A DNA stretch of 64,000 nucleotides. It comes from Alphaproteobacteria bacterium UBA2964 (GTDB taxonomy: Bacteria > Pseudomonadota > Alphaproteobacteria > MPNO01 > UBA2964). Position 1 is the stretch's first letter; each line of letters starts with the position of its first letter. Shown piece after piece: positions 50,718-60,441 of this stretch. The notes under the pieces are model-generated. The model saw only the letters and a list, made by a program, of their open reading frames with translations, was not told the origin of the DNA and did no database searches. The DNA lies in the NCBI GenBank assembly GCA_905182615.1, contig CAJJCG010000016.1, positions 8,238-72,237 of the forward strand, read 5' to 3'. A program made the translations under genes and the position numbers.

Positions 50718-52457
50718 GTGACAACGCCCAATCGGTCAGTCAATAACGGCCTCTTTTCAGGGGCCCGACTCAAAAATCTGTTTGGCATTTCGCCTATTGT
50801 CGTGGTGCTGGCTTCGATCCTGCTAGTCTTGATTGCACCTGCTGTCATCTTCCTGTTTCAGTCGAGCCTCCATGAAACCCAGTTCGATGGTTCATTTGGC
50901 GCTTTCACCTTTCAATATTATGTCGACCTGCTCACCAGTGATCAGTTTCTCACCAATTTAATCAACGCGACCATTTATGCCGTGGGCTCCGCCGCCGTGG
51001 CGATTAGTATCGGCGTATTGCTGGCCTGGATTGTCGAGCGCACCAACACACCGGGCGGTGGTTGGGTGCTTATTATTTCGATTATTTCACTGGGTATTCC
51101 GAGCGTTCTTTACACGATTTCCTTTCTCATGCTGCTCGGCAAGGTCGGGCCCGCCAACGAGATCCTGATGTGGATTACCGGCGCGGAAGACCCGCTGCTC
51201 AATGTCTATTCGCTTTGGGGCATGATCATCATCGAGGGCATTGAGTTTGCCCCGCTATCATACTTATTGCTGTCGTCAGTATTCCGCTCAAATGATGCGT
51301 CGTTTGAGGAAGCCTCAATGATGTCGGGTGCGGGAATTTTACAGACCTTCCGCAACATCACGCTCCGCCTCGCGCAACCTGCTATCCTCGCTTTGCTCAT
51401 CCTGATCTTTATCCGTGCCTTTGAATCATTCGAGACGCCGGCACTGGTTGGGTTACCGGGCAATGTGTCCGTTATCACCACGGATATTTACGAAAGCATC
51501 GATGAGGTGCCCGCCAATTACGGACAGGCGGGGGCGTTCTCTGTGGTTCTGCTGTTTATCGTTGGCGCGTTGCTGATCTGGTACAACAGACTGTCGCGCA
51601 ACGCCGAAAGGTTTCAGACTATTACCGGCAAGGGTTTTCGCCCCCGCGTAATGGACCTCGGCAAATGGCGCTGGCTGACTGGCGCAATTCTAGCGCTTCT
51701 TTTTATGATCATTATCGGGTTCCCGATTGGCATCGTGCTCTGGGTATCAATGGTTCCCTATTATGACGGGGTAAGCCTTGAAGCGTTGAAACTATTTACC
51801 CTCGATAATTACCGGACGGTCTTTAACTCCCGTTCCTTCCACGACTCGATTGGCAACACAGTCATCATGGGAGCCGCTGCCGCCAGCGTCGTCGCCCCCT
51901 TTACCGCTCTTTGTGCCTGGCTGACCGTGCGGCGTTATAAAGGGGCCTGGATACTCGACCAGCTGGCGACATCACCGCTAATCTTCCCAGCGATTGTCAT
52001 GGGAGTTGCCTTCCTGCAGGTATTTCTCAACCTGCCATTCGGGCTCTACGGCACGTTACTCTCGATCATCCTAGCATCGATGGTGCGCTACCTACCCTAC
52101 GGTATGCGCTACTCCTATGCCGGCATTCTGCAAATCCATACGGAGCTGGAAGAGGCTTCGTCGATGTCCGGGGCGCGCCAGACGACAACATTCTTACGTA
52201 TAGTCATGCCGCTGGTTGCCCCGGCGATGGTGACCTGCTGGCTGTTTGTCTTCCTGGTTTCGGTCAAAGCTGTCTCCATTCCGATTCTGCTGGCCGGCCC
52301 CAAATCACAAGTTGTCGCCATCACACTGTTTGATATGTGGGAGAATGGTATTACCAACGAGCTGGCCGCGATGGGCGTTACCTGGACAGGTTTCATGACT
52401 ATCATCAGCCTGATTTTTTACATGCTTGCAAAGCGTTATGGACTGTCAGTCCGTTAG
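50718..52457 (+). CDS. ABC transporter permease, fused two-domain (FbpB/ThiP-like)
   Basis: 579 aa with two BPD_transp_1 repeats (12 TM helices). Confidence 0.8.
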   Translation: MTTPNRSVNNGLFSGARLKNLFGISPIVVVLASILLVLIAPAVIFLFQSSLHETQFDGSFGAFTFQYYVDLLTSDQFLTNLINATIYAVGSAAVAISIGVLLAWIVERTNTPGGGWVLIISIISLGIPSVLYTISFLMLLGKVGPANEILMWITGAEDPLLNVYSLWGMIIIEGIEFAPLSYLLLSSVFRSNDASFEEASMMSGAGILQTFRNITLRLAQPAILALLILIFIRAFESFETPALVGLPGNVSVITTDIYESIDEVPANYGQAGAFSVVLLFIVGALLIWYNRLSRNAERFQTITGKGFRPRVMDLGKWRWLTGAILALLFMIIIGFPIGIVLWVSMVPYYDGVSLEALKLFTLDNYRTVFNSRSFHDSIGNTVIMGAAAASVVAPFTALCAWLTVRRYKGAWILDQLATSPLIFPAIVMGVAFLQVFLNLPFGLYGTLLSIILASMVRYLPYGMRYSYAGILQIHTELEEASSMSGARQTTTFLRIVMPLVAPAMVTCWLFVFLVSVKAVSIPILLAGPKSQVVAITLFDMWENGITNELAAMGVTWTGFMTIISLIFYMLAKRYGLSVR

Positions 52458-52473
52458 AAAGCCGAAGGAATAG

Positions 52474-53601
52474 ATGCTTAAGGTCCAAGATTTATTCAAA
52501 CAATATACCAGCGAGGATGGTACGCCGGGCGGCGGCGTCCTCGGTGCCAGTTTTGACGTCGCTGACGGCGAGCTGTTTACGCTGCTTGGTCCCTCAGGCT
52601 GCGGCAAGACCACCACGCTGCGCTCAATTGCTGGCCTAGAACAGCCACAAGGTGGCCTGATCAGCCTGATGGACACGGTGCTCTATGACGCTGAGCGGCG
52701 CGTAAACATACCGATGTATGAGCGCGATATCGGCATGGTGTTTCAATCCTACGCCATCTGGCCGCATATGAATGTTTATGAGAATGCTGCCTACCCGCTC
52801 AAAGTCGCCAAGGGCAAACGTCTATCCGCTTCGGAGAGGCGAGAGAAAGTACGCAGCGTGTTAGCGCTGGTTGGTTTAGAAGATTATATCGAGCGTCCGT
52901 CGACCCAGCTTTCCGGCGGACAACAGCAACGCCTCGCTTTGGCCCGCGCCCTGACACGCGAACCCGGCCTTCTTTTGCTCGATGAGCCTCTCAGCAATCT
53001 TGATGCACAGCTGCGCGAACAGATGCGCTCCGAGCTTAAACGCCTGCAGCGCGAGACTGGTGTTACGGCGATCTATGTCACCCACGACCAATCTGAAGCG
53101 CTGGCCATCTCAGACCGCATTGCCGTGATGAGTGATGGTCTCATCATGCAAATTGGCAATCCGAAAGACATATACGAGCGTCCGACATCCGAGTTTGTCG
53201 CAAACTTTATCGGCACCACTAATCTGCTGCGCGGAGTGCTAAATGCCGACATCAAAGCAGGCAATGAAGCTCCCGTTGATACACCGCTCGGCAAACTCCT
53301 CTGCACCTTCACGGCAGACGTTTTAGCGACACCAACTGTCGGCGTCGTCATTCGGCCGGAGAATATCATCATCGCCAAAATCGGTGACGACAAAGCCGCC
53401 GCCTTGCCCGACACCAATCGGTGCGACGGAACCCTGTTGACCGAGACCTACCTGGGTGAAATCGTTGAATATGAAGTGGGCGTTAGCGACGAGATAGTTC
53501 TGATCCGCACAAAACCAACCGAGTCTCTGACACCACAGGATGCGGTAACGCTACATTTTCCAACATCCCAAACATTGGCGTTGATCGAAAAATCGAATTG
53601 A
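52474..53601 (+). CDS. ABC transporter ATP-binding protein (PotA/FbpC-like, with C-terminal TOBE-like domain)
   Basis: Walker A GPSGCGKTT, signature LSGGQQQR, Walker B LLLDEP; C-terminal ~130 aa regulatory domain. Confidence 0.85.
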   Translation: MLKVQDLFKQYTSEDGTPGGGVLGASFDVADGELFTLLGPSGCGKTTTLRSIAGLEQPQGGLISLMDTVLYDAERRVNIPMYERDIGMVFQSYAIWPHMNVYENAAYPLKVAKGKRLSASERREKVRSVLALVGLEDYIERPSTQLSGGQQQRLALARALTREPGLLLLDEPLSNLDAQLREQMRSELKRLQRETGVTAIYVTHDQSEALAISDRIAVMSDGLIMQIGNPKDIYERPTSEFVANFIGTTNLLRGVLNADIKAGNEAPVDTPLGKLLCTFTADVLATPTVGVVIRPENIIIAKIGDDKAAALPDTNRCDGTLLTETYLGEIVEYEVGVSDEIVLIRTKPTESLTPQDAVTLHFPTSQTLALIEKSN

Positions 53602-53632
53602 ATCCCTTTTATTAACAAAGAGGAGCCTGACG

Positions 53633-54142
53633 ATGAGTACGCAGATGACTAAAAAGACCTCTGACCAATTACTGGATATAGCCAAACCCTGGGATGGCGA
53701 TGAGGCCATCGAACCAACATTCTTTTCACTCCGCGCCCAGATGCTGGATGCCGGAAACACAGAAGAACCGCTGGCGGTGGGCGACCATTTGTGGGTTAAG
53801 ATCAAGGTCTATGCCAAAGGCGGTGAAAACAAGTTGCACGCCCACCCGCATCAGGATCACAGCTTTATCGTACTCGATGGCGAAGCGCAGTTTCATGGCC
53901 CCCGCGGCGAAGAAAAAACATTGAAACGCAATGATGGCATTTTGCTACCTGCCGGTTCCTATTACTGGTTCGAAACCACCAGCGAAGAACCACTGGTCAT
54001 CCTCCGGCTCGGCGCCTGCAGCCATGATGGACACCCCGACACCCGCATCATGGATGACGGTGTCCCCAAAGTTCGTCGCGGTCGAGACGAGACATTCATT
54101 TCGGAGGATGTACAATACCGCGATGGCGCCTTTTACAAATAG
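53633..54142 (+). CDS. Cupin-domain protein
   Basis: Cupin motif 1 region HAHPHQDHSFIVLDGEAQFHG and motif 2 region GILLPAGSYYWF. Confidence 0.65.
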   Translation: MSTQMTKKTSDQLLDIAKPWDGDEAIEPTFFSLRAQMLDAGNTEEPLAVGDHLWVKIKVYAKGGENKLHAHPHQDHSFIVLDGEAQFHGPRGEEKTLKRNDGILLPAGSYYWFETTSEEPLVILRLGACSHDGHPDTRIMDDGVPKVRRGRDETFISEDVQYRDGAFYK

Positions 54143-54173
54143 CGCCACCCTTTGTAACCGTGAGGAAAGTACC

Positions 54174-55019
54174 ATGCCCTTTGCCACCGTCCGCGGCGTC
54201 CAGATCAATTACAAAATCGTCGGCGGTGATGGCCCGTGGGTTGCAATAAACCCCGGCGGACGGCGCGAATATAAAGAGGTCGAGGATCTCGCAGAACGCA
54301 TAGCCGCCAAAGGGTATCGCGTGATGCTACATGACCGCCGCAATGTCGGAGCCTCTGATATTTCTCTCAGCTCTGAAGAAACTGAAGAAGCCGTCTGGGC
54401 CGATGATCTGCACGAGCTTCTAGCGCAGCATGATGCCCTGCCCGCCTTTGTCGGCGGCTCGTCATCAGGCGCGCGCATGTCGATGCTATTTGGACTACGG
54501 CATCCAACCTCTACACGTGGGCTTTTGCTCATGCGGGTAACCGGCGGCGCCTTTGCGGCGGGGCGGTTGCCGGAGAACTATTACGACCAATTCATTCGCG
54601 CAGCGAAAGCAGGCGGCATGGCCGCTGTGTGTGAAACTGAAGCCTATGGTGACCGGATCAAGGCCAATCCAAAACATCGCGATACGCTGATGGCAATTGA
54701 CCCGGCGGAATTCATCGAGACTTTGCAAAAGCTCCGCGCGTTATTCGTCGCCGGTGCGAACCTGAACGTGATGGGGATGACGGATGCTGAACTGGATTCG
54801 ATCACCGCGCCGACCATCGTTATCCCTGGCAATGACAATACCCACGCTTCTGAATCAGCCGGCAATGCTCACCGGCTCATTCCGGGTGCAGAATTACACA
54901 ATTTGCCGCTAGAATTTCAGGATGTTGACGTCGTGTCTTTTGACGACTGGGAACCCTATTACAGCGAGATCGCCGAGACCTTCGACGGCTTTATGCAAAA
55001 GACGGTCGCAGCAGAGTAG
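54174..55019 (+). CDS. Alpha/beta hydrolase
   Basis: ATG at 54174 is preceded by GAGGAAAG; the track's upstream start overlaps the cupin gene. Nucleophile elbow GGSSSG (GxSxG); 281 aa. Confidence 0.65.
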   Translation: MPFATVRGVQINYKIVGGDGPWVAINPGGRREYKEVEDLAERIAAKGYRVMLHDRRNVGASDISLSSEETEEAVWADDLHELLAQHDALPAFVGGSSSGARMSMLFGLRHPTSTRGLLLMRVTGGAFAAGRLPENYYDQFIRAAKAGGMAAVCETEAYGDRIKANPKHRDTLMAIDPAEFIETLQKLRALFVAGANLNVMGMTDAELDSITAPTIVIPGNDNTHASESAGNAHRLIPGAELHNLPLEFQDVDVVSFDDWEPYYSEIAETFDGFMQKTVAAE

Positions 55020-55033
55020 GCTATAATCAACGA

Positions 55034-56080
55034 TTACAGCCCGTAAAATGCCCGCGCGTTGTCATTGAGGATTTTGTCAGCAGCAGCGGCAGAAACCTTG
55101 CCATCGTCACGCAGCTTCCGCAGTGCTTCGATCTCCGCCGACGTATCTGCGTGGCCATAATCAGTGCCGACCAACAGCGTGTCCTCGCCGGAATATTTCA
55201 TCACCCAATCGAGATCATCCGTCACCTGACACGCCACATAAATATTGTTATCGGCCATGATCGTATCGGAAAGCTCGCGGCCGCGACGGCCAAAACGAAT
55301 TTCCATGTCGTTAAGCGCATAGGGAATCCACTGTGCACTAACCTCAACGAATCCCCAGCGGACGGTCGGCCATTTTTCTGGAATGCCATCCATCAGCAGG
55401 TTATGGAAGGCTGAAACGACCGGCAGCTTGGATCGGCCAAAGCCGCATTCCTTGGCGTAGATATCACGCACCGCGAAACTGTTATTGCCGGAATGAAAAC
55501 AGATCGGCATGTCCAATTCAGCCGCCAAATCAAACAGCTGGTAGAAATACGGCGTGGCGACACGGCGCTCACATTCGAGCCCGCGCATAAAGATGCCACA
55601 GGCGCCATTCGCTTTGGCGAATTCGAGTTCTTCACGCACCTTATCCATCTGCAGCAAGGGCGGCATAACCACCCAGCGCAAACGATCCGGAGCTTTGGAC
55701 CAGATGTCAGCAAGCCAGCGGTTATAAGAACGACATAACGCCAGTTCCAGTTCAGGGTTCTGCGTCCAGGCCCGCAAGAAGACTGTCGGATAGAGAACCT
55801 GAACATCGATTTCAAGCTCGTCCATATGATCGAGCCGCGCCTGCACATCCAGCATTTCGCGCGATTCTTTCGATGTGTTGGAACCGATATTGCCTTCCTT
55901 GGGCTGCAGCTTGCCGTCAATGATCCAGTATTCAGTTTGCGCCCGGCCTTCGAGATCAAGCTCAGCAGTCCCGGATTTTTGCACCACCACCATTGGCTTT
56001 AGATGCTCAAATTCAGGGTCCATGTAGTTAAATGTCGCTTCGCACTCGATGACATGTGCGTCTGAATCAATCGATCCCAT
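55034..56080 (-). CDS. Amidohydrolase-2 family metal-dependent hydrolase/decarboxylase (ACMSD / LigW-like)
   Basis: N-terminal DSDAHV (HxH-equivalent metal site), internal CFHSG, C-terminal GTDYGH; 348 aa. Confidence 0.75.
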   Translation of the reverse strand: MGSIDSDAHVIECEATFNYMDPEFEHLKPMVVVQKSGTAELDLEGRAQTEYWIIDGKLQPKEGNIGSNTSKESREMLDVQARLDHMDELEIDVQVLYPTVFLRAWTQNPELELALCRSYNRWLADIWSKAPDRLRWVVMPPLLQMDKVREELEFAKANGACGIFMRGLECERRVATPYFYQLFDLAAELDMPICFHSGNNSFAVRDIYAKECGFGRSKLPVVSAFHNLLMDGIPEKWPTVRWGFVEVSAQWIPYALNDMEIRFGRRGRELSDTIMADNNIYVACQVTDDLDWVMKYSGEDTLLVGTDYGHADTSAEIEALRKLRDDGKVSAAAADKILNDNARAFYGL

Positions 56081-56285
56081 CTGTAGGCCTCCCAGGCTAA
56101 TTGTTTAACCTATTTTAGACCTTATTGAGACAGGTTGAAACGGTTTCCCACAAAATTTTCAAGAATAATTCTATCTCTTTCAATTGATTGCCGGACGCGG
56201 CTTGTGCCCCTTAGAACTGCAGGATAGGATTTCGGCAAAACGGTCCTCAGAACTGCGTAAAAGCTGAAGATACGGGAGAAAATGC

Positions 56286-57437
56286 ATGACAACTGCGCTG
56301 GAAGGTATAACCGTTCTGGAGTTCGCCTCCTATGTATCCGGGCCCTATGCCGGCATGATGCTGGGTGATCTCGGCGCCGAAATCATTAAGGTCGAAGACC
56401 CCAAATCGGGCGATCCGTTCCGGGGCTGGGGTGCGGCAGATTATTCCGCGACCTTTGGCTCAGTAAATCGCAACAAAAAGAGCATTATTCTCGACCTCAA
56501 ATCAGAGGAGGGCGTGGCAGCCGCCGTTGCCCTGGCAGCAGACGCCGATGTGCTCATCGAGAACTTTCGCCCAGGCACCATGGATCGACTTGGTCTCGGC
56601 TATGGCAAATTATCCGCTCTGAACTCACGGCTGGTCTATTGCTCAGTCACCGGATTTGGTGGCACCGGACCTTATGCGAAACGCCCCGGCTACGACACCG
56701 TCGGCCAGGCGATGGGCGGACTGCTCTCCGTCCTGACAGATCTGGAAGCCCCCAAGGGGATGGGCATATCACTCTCCGATCATCTCACTGGTATGATGGC
56801 GGCCTATGGCTGTCTCGGTGCGCTTGCGGCGCGTGACAGAACCGGAAAGGGCCAGCGGGTGGAGACCTCGCTCCTTACCGCGACTTTGTCTTTCCTGGGA
56901 GAGAATGCCGCACGCTATTTCGAGGAAGGCAATGTCCCGAACCGCAAGACCCGGACCCAAACGGCACAGGTCTATTCCTTTGTCGCAGGCGATGACAAGC
57001 CGTTCGTCATTCATCTGTCGTCACCACCTAAATTCTGGAAAGGCCTGTGCAAGGTCGCGGGCCATGAGGAGTGGTTCGATGAAGACCGGTTTGTCGATAA
57101 GGCCACTCGACGGGCAAATTATGATGAGCTTGAAGCTCTGCTGGCAGATGTCTTTAAAACCAAACCACGCGAGCACTGGCTCAACCGACTATTGGAGGAA
57201 GACGTTCCGTCTGCACCGATCTATACGCTGGATGAAACGCTAGCTGATCCGCAGGTCCAGCATCTCGATATGGTTCGCGAAGTCCCTCATCCAAAGGTCG
57301 GGTTCGTCAAGCTGATCGAAAGCGGTGTTCGGATGTCGGATACACCACCAGAAATACGAACAGCTGCGCCGCTACATGGCGAACACACCGAAGAAATCTT
57401 ACAGCGCATTGCAGACAAGCCAGGGGCCGCAGAATGA
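56286..57437 (+). CDS. Family III CoA-transferase (CaiB/BaiF family)
   Basis: Characteristic N-terminus GITVLEFASYVSGPYAGMMLGDLGAEIIKVE and catalytic Asp region; 383 aa. Confidence 0.85.
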   Translation: MTTALEGITVLEFASYVSGPYAGMMLGDLGAEIIKVEDPKSGDPFRGWGAADYSATFGSVNRNKKSIILDLKSEEGVAAAVALAADADVLIENFRPGTMDRLGLGYGKLSALNSRLVYCSVTGFGGTGPYAKRPGYDTVGQAMGGLLSVLTDLEAPKGMGISLSDHLTGMMAAYGCLGALAARDRTGKGQRVETSLLTATLSFLGENAARYFEEGNVPNRKTRTQTAQVYSFVAGDDKPFVIHLSSPPKFWKGLCKVAGHEEWFDEDRFVDKATRRANYDELEALLADVFKTKPREHWLNRLLEEDVPSAPIYTLDETLADPQVQHLDMVREVPHPKVGFVKLIESGVRMSDTPPEIRTAAPLHGEHTEEILQRIADKPGAAE

Positions 57438-58615
57438 TGGAACCATCCACCCATTTGCGGGATAAATATGCCCTCGTTGGCGCAGGGCATAGCCGGTTAG
57501 GTAAAGTTCCAGGAGTCTCGGCGCAAGGATTACTTGAAGAAGCAATGCTCAACGCGCTCGATGATGCGGGTTTAAAAACGCAGAATGTCGACGGTTTGAT
57601 CTGCCGCGGACCGGACGAGATCTATACATTTCATCAGGTGATGGGCGAACGGCTCGGCATCGATGCGAGCTTCTCTACCACCCTGACCAATGGTGGTGCC
57701 AGCCAGGTCATGGGCGTCGCGCTTGCAGCAATGGCGATCGATGCGGGTATGGCAAGCTGCGTTCTGGTTGGCTATGGCCGAGATAACTGGTCACGCGTCC
57801 ACGCCAATAAAGAAAATCATATGCGGGGTTCCGGTCGCCCGCAGCAAATGTATGGTATGGAGTTTGGGCCAGAGTTTGGCTATTACGGCGCGATCGCCGC
57901 CCATGGCTTTGGCGCTCAACGCCATATGCATGATTACGGCACCACCCGTGAACAGTTCGGCGCGATCTCCGTCGCCTTTCGGAATCATGCGCTGAACAAT
58001 CCCGATGCGGTGATGAAGAAGCCACTGACGATGGAAAATTATCTGGCCGGACGAATGATCGTGGAACCGTTTGGCCTGTTTGATTGCTCACTACAAACCG
58101 ATGGCGCTGGCGCTGTTGTCGTAACATCCGCTGAGCGGGCGAAAGACTTGCGGCAAAAACCGGTGCTCATCAAAGGCTTTGGCACCGGCAACAATATCAG
58201 CGGCTGGTTCAACGGCAATAACATGACCCATACCGGCGCAATTCAGTCCGGCAAAACTGCTTATGCAATGGCAGGTGTCGGACCGGAAAATATCGATTAT
58301 GCCCAAATCTATGACTGCTTTACCTACATGGTTCTCGTCCAACTTGAGGATTACGGATTCTGTCGAAAAGGCGAAGGTGGTGAGTTTGTCGCGTCAGGCG
58401 CGCTAGGACTCAATGGCGCGATGCCGACCAACACCTCTGGCGGCCAACTCTCCGAGGCCCATGTCGAGGGTATGCTGCAGGTCGTCGAAGGCGTCCGGCA
58501 GCTCCAAGGCATTTACGGTCCGGAACGTCAGGTACCAAATGCCGAGATCGGGCTCGTATCCGGCCATGGTGGCAACACCGTCTGTGAATCCACGCTTATT
58601 CTGGGTGCGATCTAA
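57434..58615 (+). CDS. Thiolase-like protein, SCP-x / nonspecific lipid-transfer-protein thiolase type
   Basis: Thiolase fold with active-site Cys region (GLICRGPDEI...), C-terminal GGQLSEAHVEGM and GHGGNT; ATGA overlap with the upstream gene. Confidence 0.75.
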   Translation: MMEPSTHLRDKYALVGAGHSRLGKVPGVSAQGLLEEAMLNALDDAGLKTQNVDGLICRGPDEIYTFHQVMGERLGIDASFSTTLTNGGASQVMGVALAAMAIDAGMASCVLVGYGRDNWSRVHANKENHMRGSGRPQQMYGMEFGPEFGYYGAIAAHGFGAQRHMHDYGTTREQFGAISVAFRNHALNNPDAVMKKPLTMENYLAGRMIVEPFGLFDCSLQTDGAGAVVVTSAERAKDLRQKPVLIKGFGTGNNISGWFNGNNMTHTGAIQSGKTAYAMAGVGPENIDYAQIYDCFTYMVLVQLEDYGFCRKGEGGEFVASGALGLNGAMPTNTSGGQLSEAHVEGMLQVVEGVRQLQGIYGPERQVPNAEIGLVSGHGGNTVCESTLILGAI

Positions 58616-59025
58616 TGTCTGATGATTACGCAAAAGCCATACCTATCCCCGGGCCAGAGTCCCTACCGTTTTGGGAGGGTGCCAAGAACCATCAACTTAT
58701 GCTCCAGAAATGTTCTGATTGCGCTCACCACTGGTTTCCACCGTCAACCGTTTGCACTGGCTGTGGCAGCCGAAACATCGAATGGGTTGCCTCTTCCGGC
58801 AAAGGAAAAGTCTTTAGCTTTGTTATCTTTCACAAGCTTTATCACAAGGGATGGGATGGCGAGATACCTTATGCCGTTGCGATTGTCGAACTGGAAGAAG
58901 GCGCCCGCATGCTCAGCAATGTCATTGGAATTCCAGTTGAAGAGGTCAAATGCGACTTATCCGTTGAAGTCGTCTTCGAGGATGCGACCAGCGAACTAAC
59001 CTTGCCCAAGTTCAAACCGGTTTAG
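58615..59025 (+). CDS. DUF35 OB-fold / zinc-ribbon protein (thiolase partner)
   Basis: C4 zinc ribbon CSDCAHHWFPPSTVCTGCGS followed by an OB fold; start overlaps the thiolase stop (TAATG). Confidence 0.75.
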   Translation: MSDDYAKAIPIPGPESLPFWEGAKNHQLMLQKCSDCAHHWFPPSTVCTGCGSRNIEWVASSGKGKVFSFVIFHKLYHKGWDGEIPYAVAIVELEEGARMLSNVIGIPVEEVKCDLSVEVVFEDATSELTLPKFKPV

Positions 59026-60223
59026 CCGATTTCTCCGACAATTCGCCGGTTAGAAACCAGAAGGCAGCTGCACTGCCGATCACACAACCGGCAATGATAT
59101 AAGACATCGGCAATGCGGTGCCATCGTGAAAATAACCAACAAGCGCCCCGACCAAAGCGCCAGTCCCAAATCTGATAAAACCAAGCATCGCCGATGCTGT
59201 GCCTGCGAGGTGCGGGAAATATTCCATCGCCCCCACTGTGGCATTCGCATTCACCATGTTGTGCGGCATCATAAAAACAATGATAGGGATCACGATTCCT
59301 AACAGGCCAAAGCCGCCATAAGCCGCGCTTGCCGCGAGCCCAATGCCGCCGAGCAACGCTATGGTGGTCCCGACCGCAAGCATGCGACGCACGCCGAATC
59401 TAATCACCAGACGACTGTTTAGATAAGAGCCTACCATGATTGCGAGGATATTCAGCCCAAACAGAATGCCAAAGTCCTCCGGCGCGACGCCAAAGAGATC
59501 AATATAGATAAACGGCGTGCCGGATAGCTGCGCAAACATCGTCGCAAAAGACAATCCGCCGCAAATCATATAGCCCGCGGCCCGCCGGTGACAGAGAACG
59601 GTCACGTAGTCCCGCATTATTTTTCTGATGCTCGATTTTATCCGTTTCTCGGGCGGGTGTGTCTCTGGCAACTTCAGAATGCCGAGGATGAAAGCAACGA
59701 TGCCAAACGCCGAAAGCACCCAGAAGATCAGCCGCCAATCGGCAAAAAACTTTAACAAATAGCCGCCGACGAAAGGGGCAATCAAGGCTGCCAGTGAAGG
59801 GATTAGAAGCATGAGCGATAACGCCCGGGCACCCTCAAGCCTATCAAATAAGTCACGGATAATCGCCCGCGACAGAACAATACCGGCAGCGCCGCCAATG
59901 GCCTGAAAGAACCGCACGAGGATCAACTCGTTAATGGTGTCGGCAAACACGCAGAGGACACTCGCTACGGCGTAGATCGCGATACCAACCAACAAAACAT
60001 TGCGCCGACCCATTCGATCAGAGACCGGCCCATAAACCAGCTGCCCCGCCCCGAAGGCGATTGTAAATGCACTGAGTGTCAGTTGAGCCTTACTGGGTGT
60101 AGTCCGAAAGAAATCCACCAACTCGGGTAACGCCGGCAAATACATGTCCATCGACATGGGGCCAAAGGCCGTCAGAATCCCGAGGACAATTAGAACAGCA
60201 GCGCCGGTTGCATGGCTGGGCAT
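59012..60223 (-). CDS. MFS transporter, Bcr/CflA drug-resistance subfamily
   Basis: 12 TM helices; Bcr/CflA N-terminal signature (MDMYLPALPE...GPVSDRMGRRNVLL). Confidence 0.8.
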   Translation of the reverse strand: MPSHATGAAVLIVLGILTAFGPMSMDMYLPALPELVDFFRTTPSKAQLTLSAFTIAFGAGQLVYGPVSDRMGRRNVLLVGIAIYAVASVLCVFADTINELILVRFFQAIGGAAGIVLSRAIIRDLFDRLEGARALSLMLLIPSLAALIAPFVGGYLLKFFADWRLIFWVLSAFGIVAFILGILKLPETHPPEKRIKSSIRKIMRDYVTVLCHRRAAGYMICGGLSFATMFAQLSGTPFIYIDLFGVAPEDFGILFGLNILAIMVGSYLNSRLVIRFGVRRMLAVGTTIALLGGIGLAASAAYGGFGLLGIVIPIIVFMMPHNMVNANATVGAMEYFPHLAGTASAMLGFIRFGTGALVGALVGYFHDGTALPMSYIIAGCVIGSAAAFWFLTGELSEKSAKPV

Positions 60224-60441
60224 AAAAACTCACTACCAATGAACCGGCGGTGAGACAAATTGCTCAGCCAAACCAGTTGAAAAACGCAAGTGTCTACCGA
60301 CTCCAATTTCAAGATATCTGAAGCCGCAATACGAGCGAGAAGGATTGTAGGATTTTATAGCGCAGATTGGCAGTGCTCGCCATCCGCGCTGTCGATATGA
60401 TCTTGATTGTCTGCGCGTCCACTCACAGAGAGAATGCCACT

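Noticed and set aside
60330-60420. Apparent inverted repeat CGCAGATTG...CAATCTGCGCG in the 60.2-60.45 kb gap (possible terminator or IS end)
   Set aside because: On inspection the arms are not complementary beyond 7 nt (GCGCAGA), there is no flanking direct repeat, and there is no transposase gene. I saw no mobile-element signature anywhere in the window.
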